Origin: Polyangiales bacterium
GTDB lineage: Bacteria > Myxococcota_A > Polyangia > Polyangiales > DASUME01
DNA: 64,000 nt
Direction: 5' to 3'
NCBI GenBank assembly: GCA_046598735.1
Contig: JBKJIA010000075.1
Location: 5,930-69,929, forward strand
Every line of letters begins with the position of its first letter. Positions within the stretch are counted from its first letter, which is position 1. Below are positions 63,463-64,000 of this stretch, piece after piece. The notes beneath the pieces are model-generated. The model saw nothing but the letters and a program-made list of their open reading frames with translations. It did no database searches and was not told the DNA's origin. The position numbers and the translations under genes were made by a program.

Positions 63463-64000
63463 CACGTCATCATACTATCCGCTTGCTTCTGATGGTTGTG
63501 TTGTGCGCAGCACCCTTCGCGTGCCGAGAGCGACGGGTGCTCGACGAGGACAGCGGGCCGACCTTTGCAGATGTGAAGCCTGTGCTGGATGCGGAATGCG
63601 TCAAGTGTCACAGCGGCCCACAGCCTGCAGCAGGCTATACCCTTAACACATATTATGGGGCAATCGGTTGCACGAAGGATGGTCGCGTGATGACGGCACC
63701 TGCCGGTTCCACTGCGCCCCTGATTGCGGCGCTACGCAGTGCCACCCACCGCACCTTACTAGATCAAGAACAGGAACAGCTATTGGCGCGCTGGGTCCGC
63801 GCTGGAGCCCCTGCCAGGCCCGGACAGGTGCACGCAGCAGGCATCAGCGATCCACGCAGCCAAGGCTGGCACGGCACGCTGGCGGCGAATGATGATTGGG
63901 CTCCCCTGCATAGCCCGGCCGCGCCGCTCGTCTGCGGCGCATGTCACGCAGGCGCTCCTGTGCGCCCGGACGGGGTGCGCTTCGCAGCTCCAGGCGCGCC
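63459..64000 (+). CDS. c-type cytochrome domain protein, 5' partial (runs off window end)
   Basis: Translated by hand with no stop to the window end. Signal/lipoprotein-like N-terminus (LLLMVVLCAAPFAC), CVKCH in a Planctomycete-cytochrome-C-like context, and a second CGACH. Absent from the ORF track because it has no stop. Confidence 0.6.
   Translation, partial: MTRHHTIRLLLMVVLCAAPFACRERRVLDEDSGPTFADVKPVLDAECVKCHSGPQPAAGYTLNTYYGAIGCTKDGRVMTAPAGSTAPLIAALRSATHRTLLDQEQEQLLARWVRAGAPARPGQVHAAGISDPRSQGWHGTLAANDDWAPLHSPAAPLVCGACHAGAPVRPDGVRFAAPGA

Noticed and set aside
1-64000. Looked for CRISPR arrays, IS or transposase genes, integrases, phage genes, toxin-antitoxin or defence-system signatures, tRNA/rRNA genes and riboswitch-sized leaders.
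   Set aside because: None were recognised. There are no regularly spaced direct repeats and no transposase- or integrase-like ORFs. The largest non-coding gaps (about 320-430 bp at 10569..10999, 17297..17615 and 53537..53911) contain promoter- and regulator-type motifs rather than structured RNA genes I can identify by eye.

Overview
High-GC (about 62-65% by eye) bacterial chromosomal segment. The many sigma-54 enhancer-binding proteins (EBPs), hybrid histidine kinases and lipoproteins suggest a Myxococcota/deltaproteobacteria-like genome, but taxonomy cannot be fixed from this window. I recognised no rRNA, tRNA, CRISPR array, IS element or prophage, and coding density is high. Left part (0-21 kb): a translationally coupled nei-lhr DNA-repair pair, small stress proteins, three REC-histidine-kinase genes (two are tandem paralogs), a TetR-controlled oxidoreductase pair with clear operator palindromes, and a DUF4398/OmpA lipoprotein pair next to its own kinase/EBP. 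Centre (21-53.6 kb): a low-oxygen/stasis-type island. It holds a cbb3 oxidase cluster with fused ccoNO and its maturation genes. It also holds five USP genes carrying seven USP domains, three CBS proteins (one fused to a hemerythrin-like domain), a globin-coupled histidine kinase operon, two about 85% identical NtrC-type EBPs, an alternative sigma factor, a WS/DGAT lipid-storage enzyme, a CoA-transferase, a Rieske oxygenase, and an operon headed by a red-chlorophyll-catabolite-reductase-like protein. Reading the intergenic regions by eye, I find about a dozen near-consensus sigma-54 -24/-12 elements correctly placed in front of these genes. I also find a recurrent palindrome, GCGCA-N5-TGCGC, upstream of several of them, which is a candidate EBP binding site. 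Right part (53.9-64 kb): a dense multiheme c-type cytochrome cluster. It contains an MtrC/OmcA-like decaheme, an octaheme, a NapC/NirT-like quinol dehydrogenase, a putative beta-barrel porin, a 13-heme lipoprotein, a 25-heme protein and one more cytochrome cut by the window end. This looks like an extracellular or trans-envelope electron-transfer conduit. All calls rest on ORF translations, motif recognition and manual pattern reading. No database search was run.
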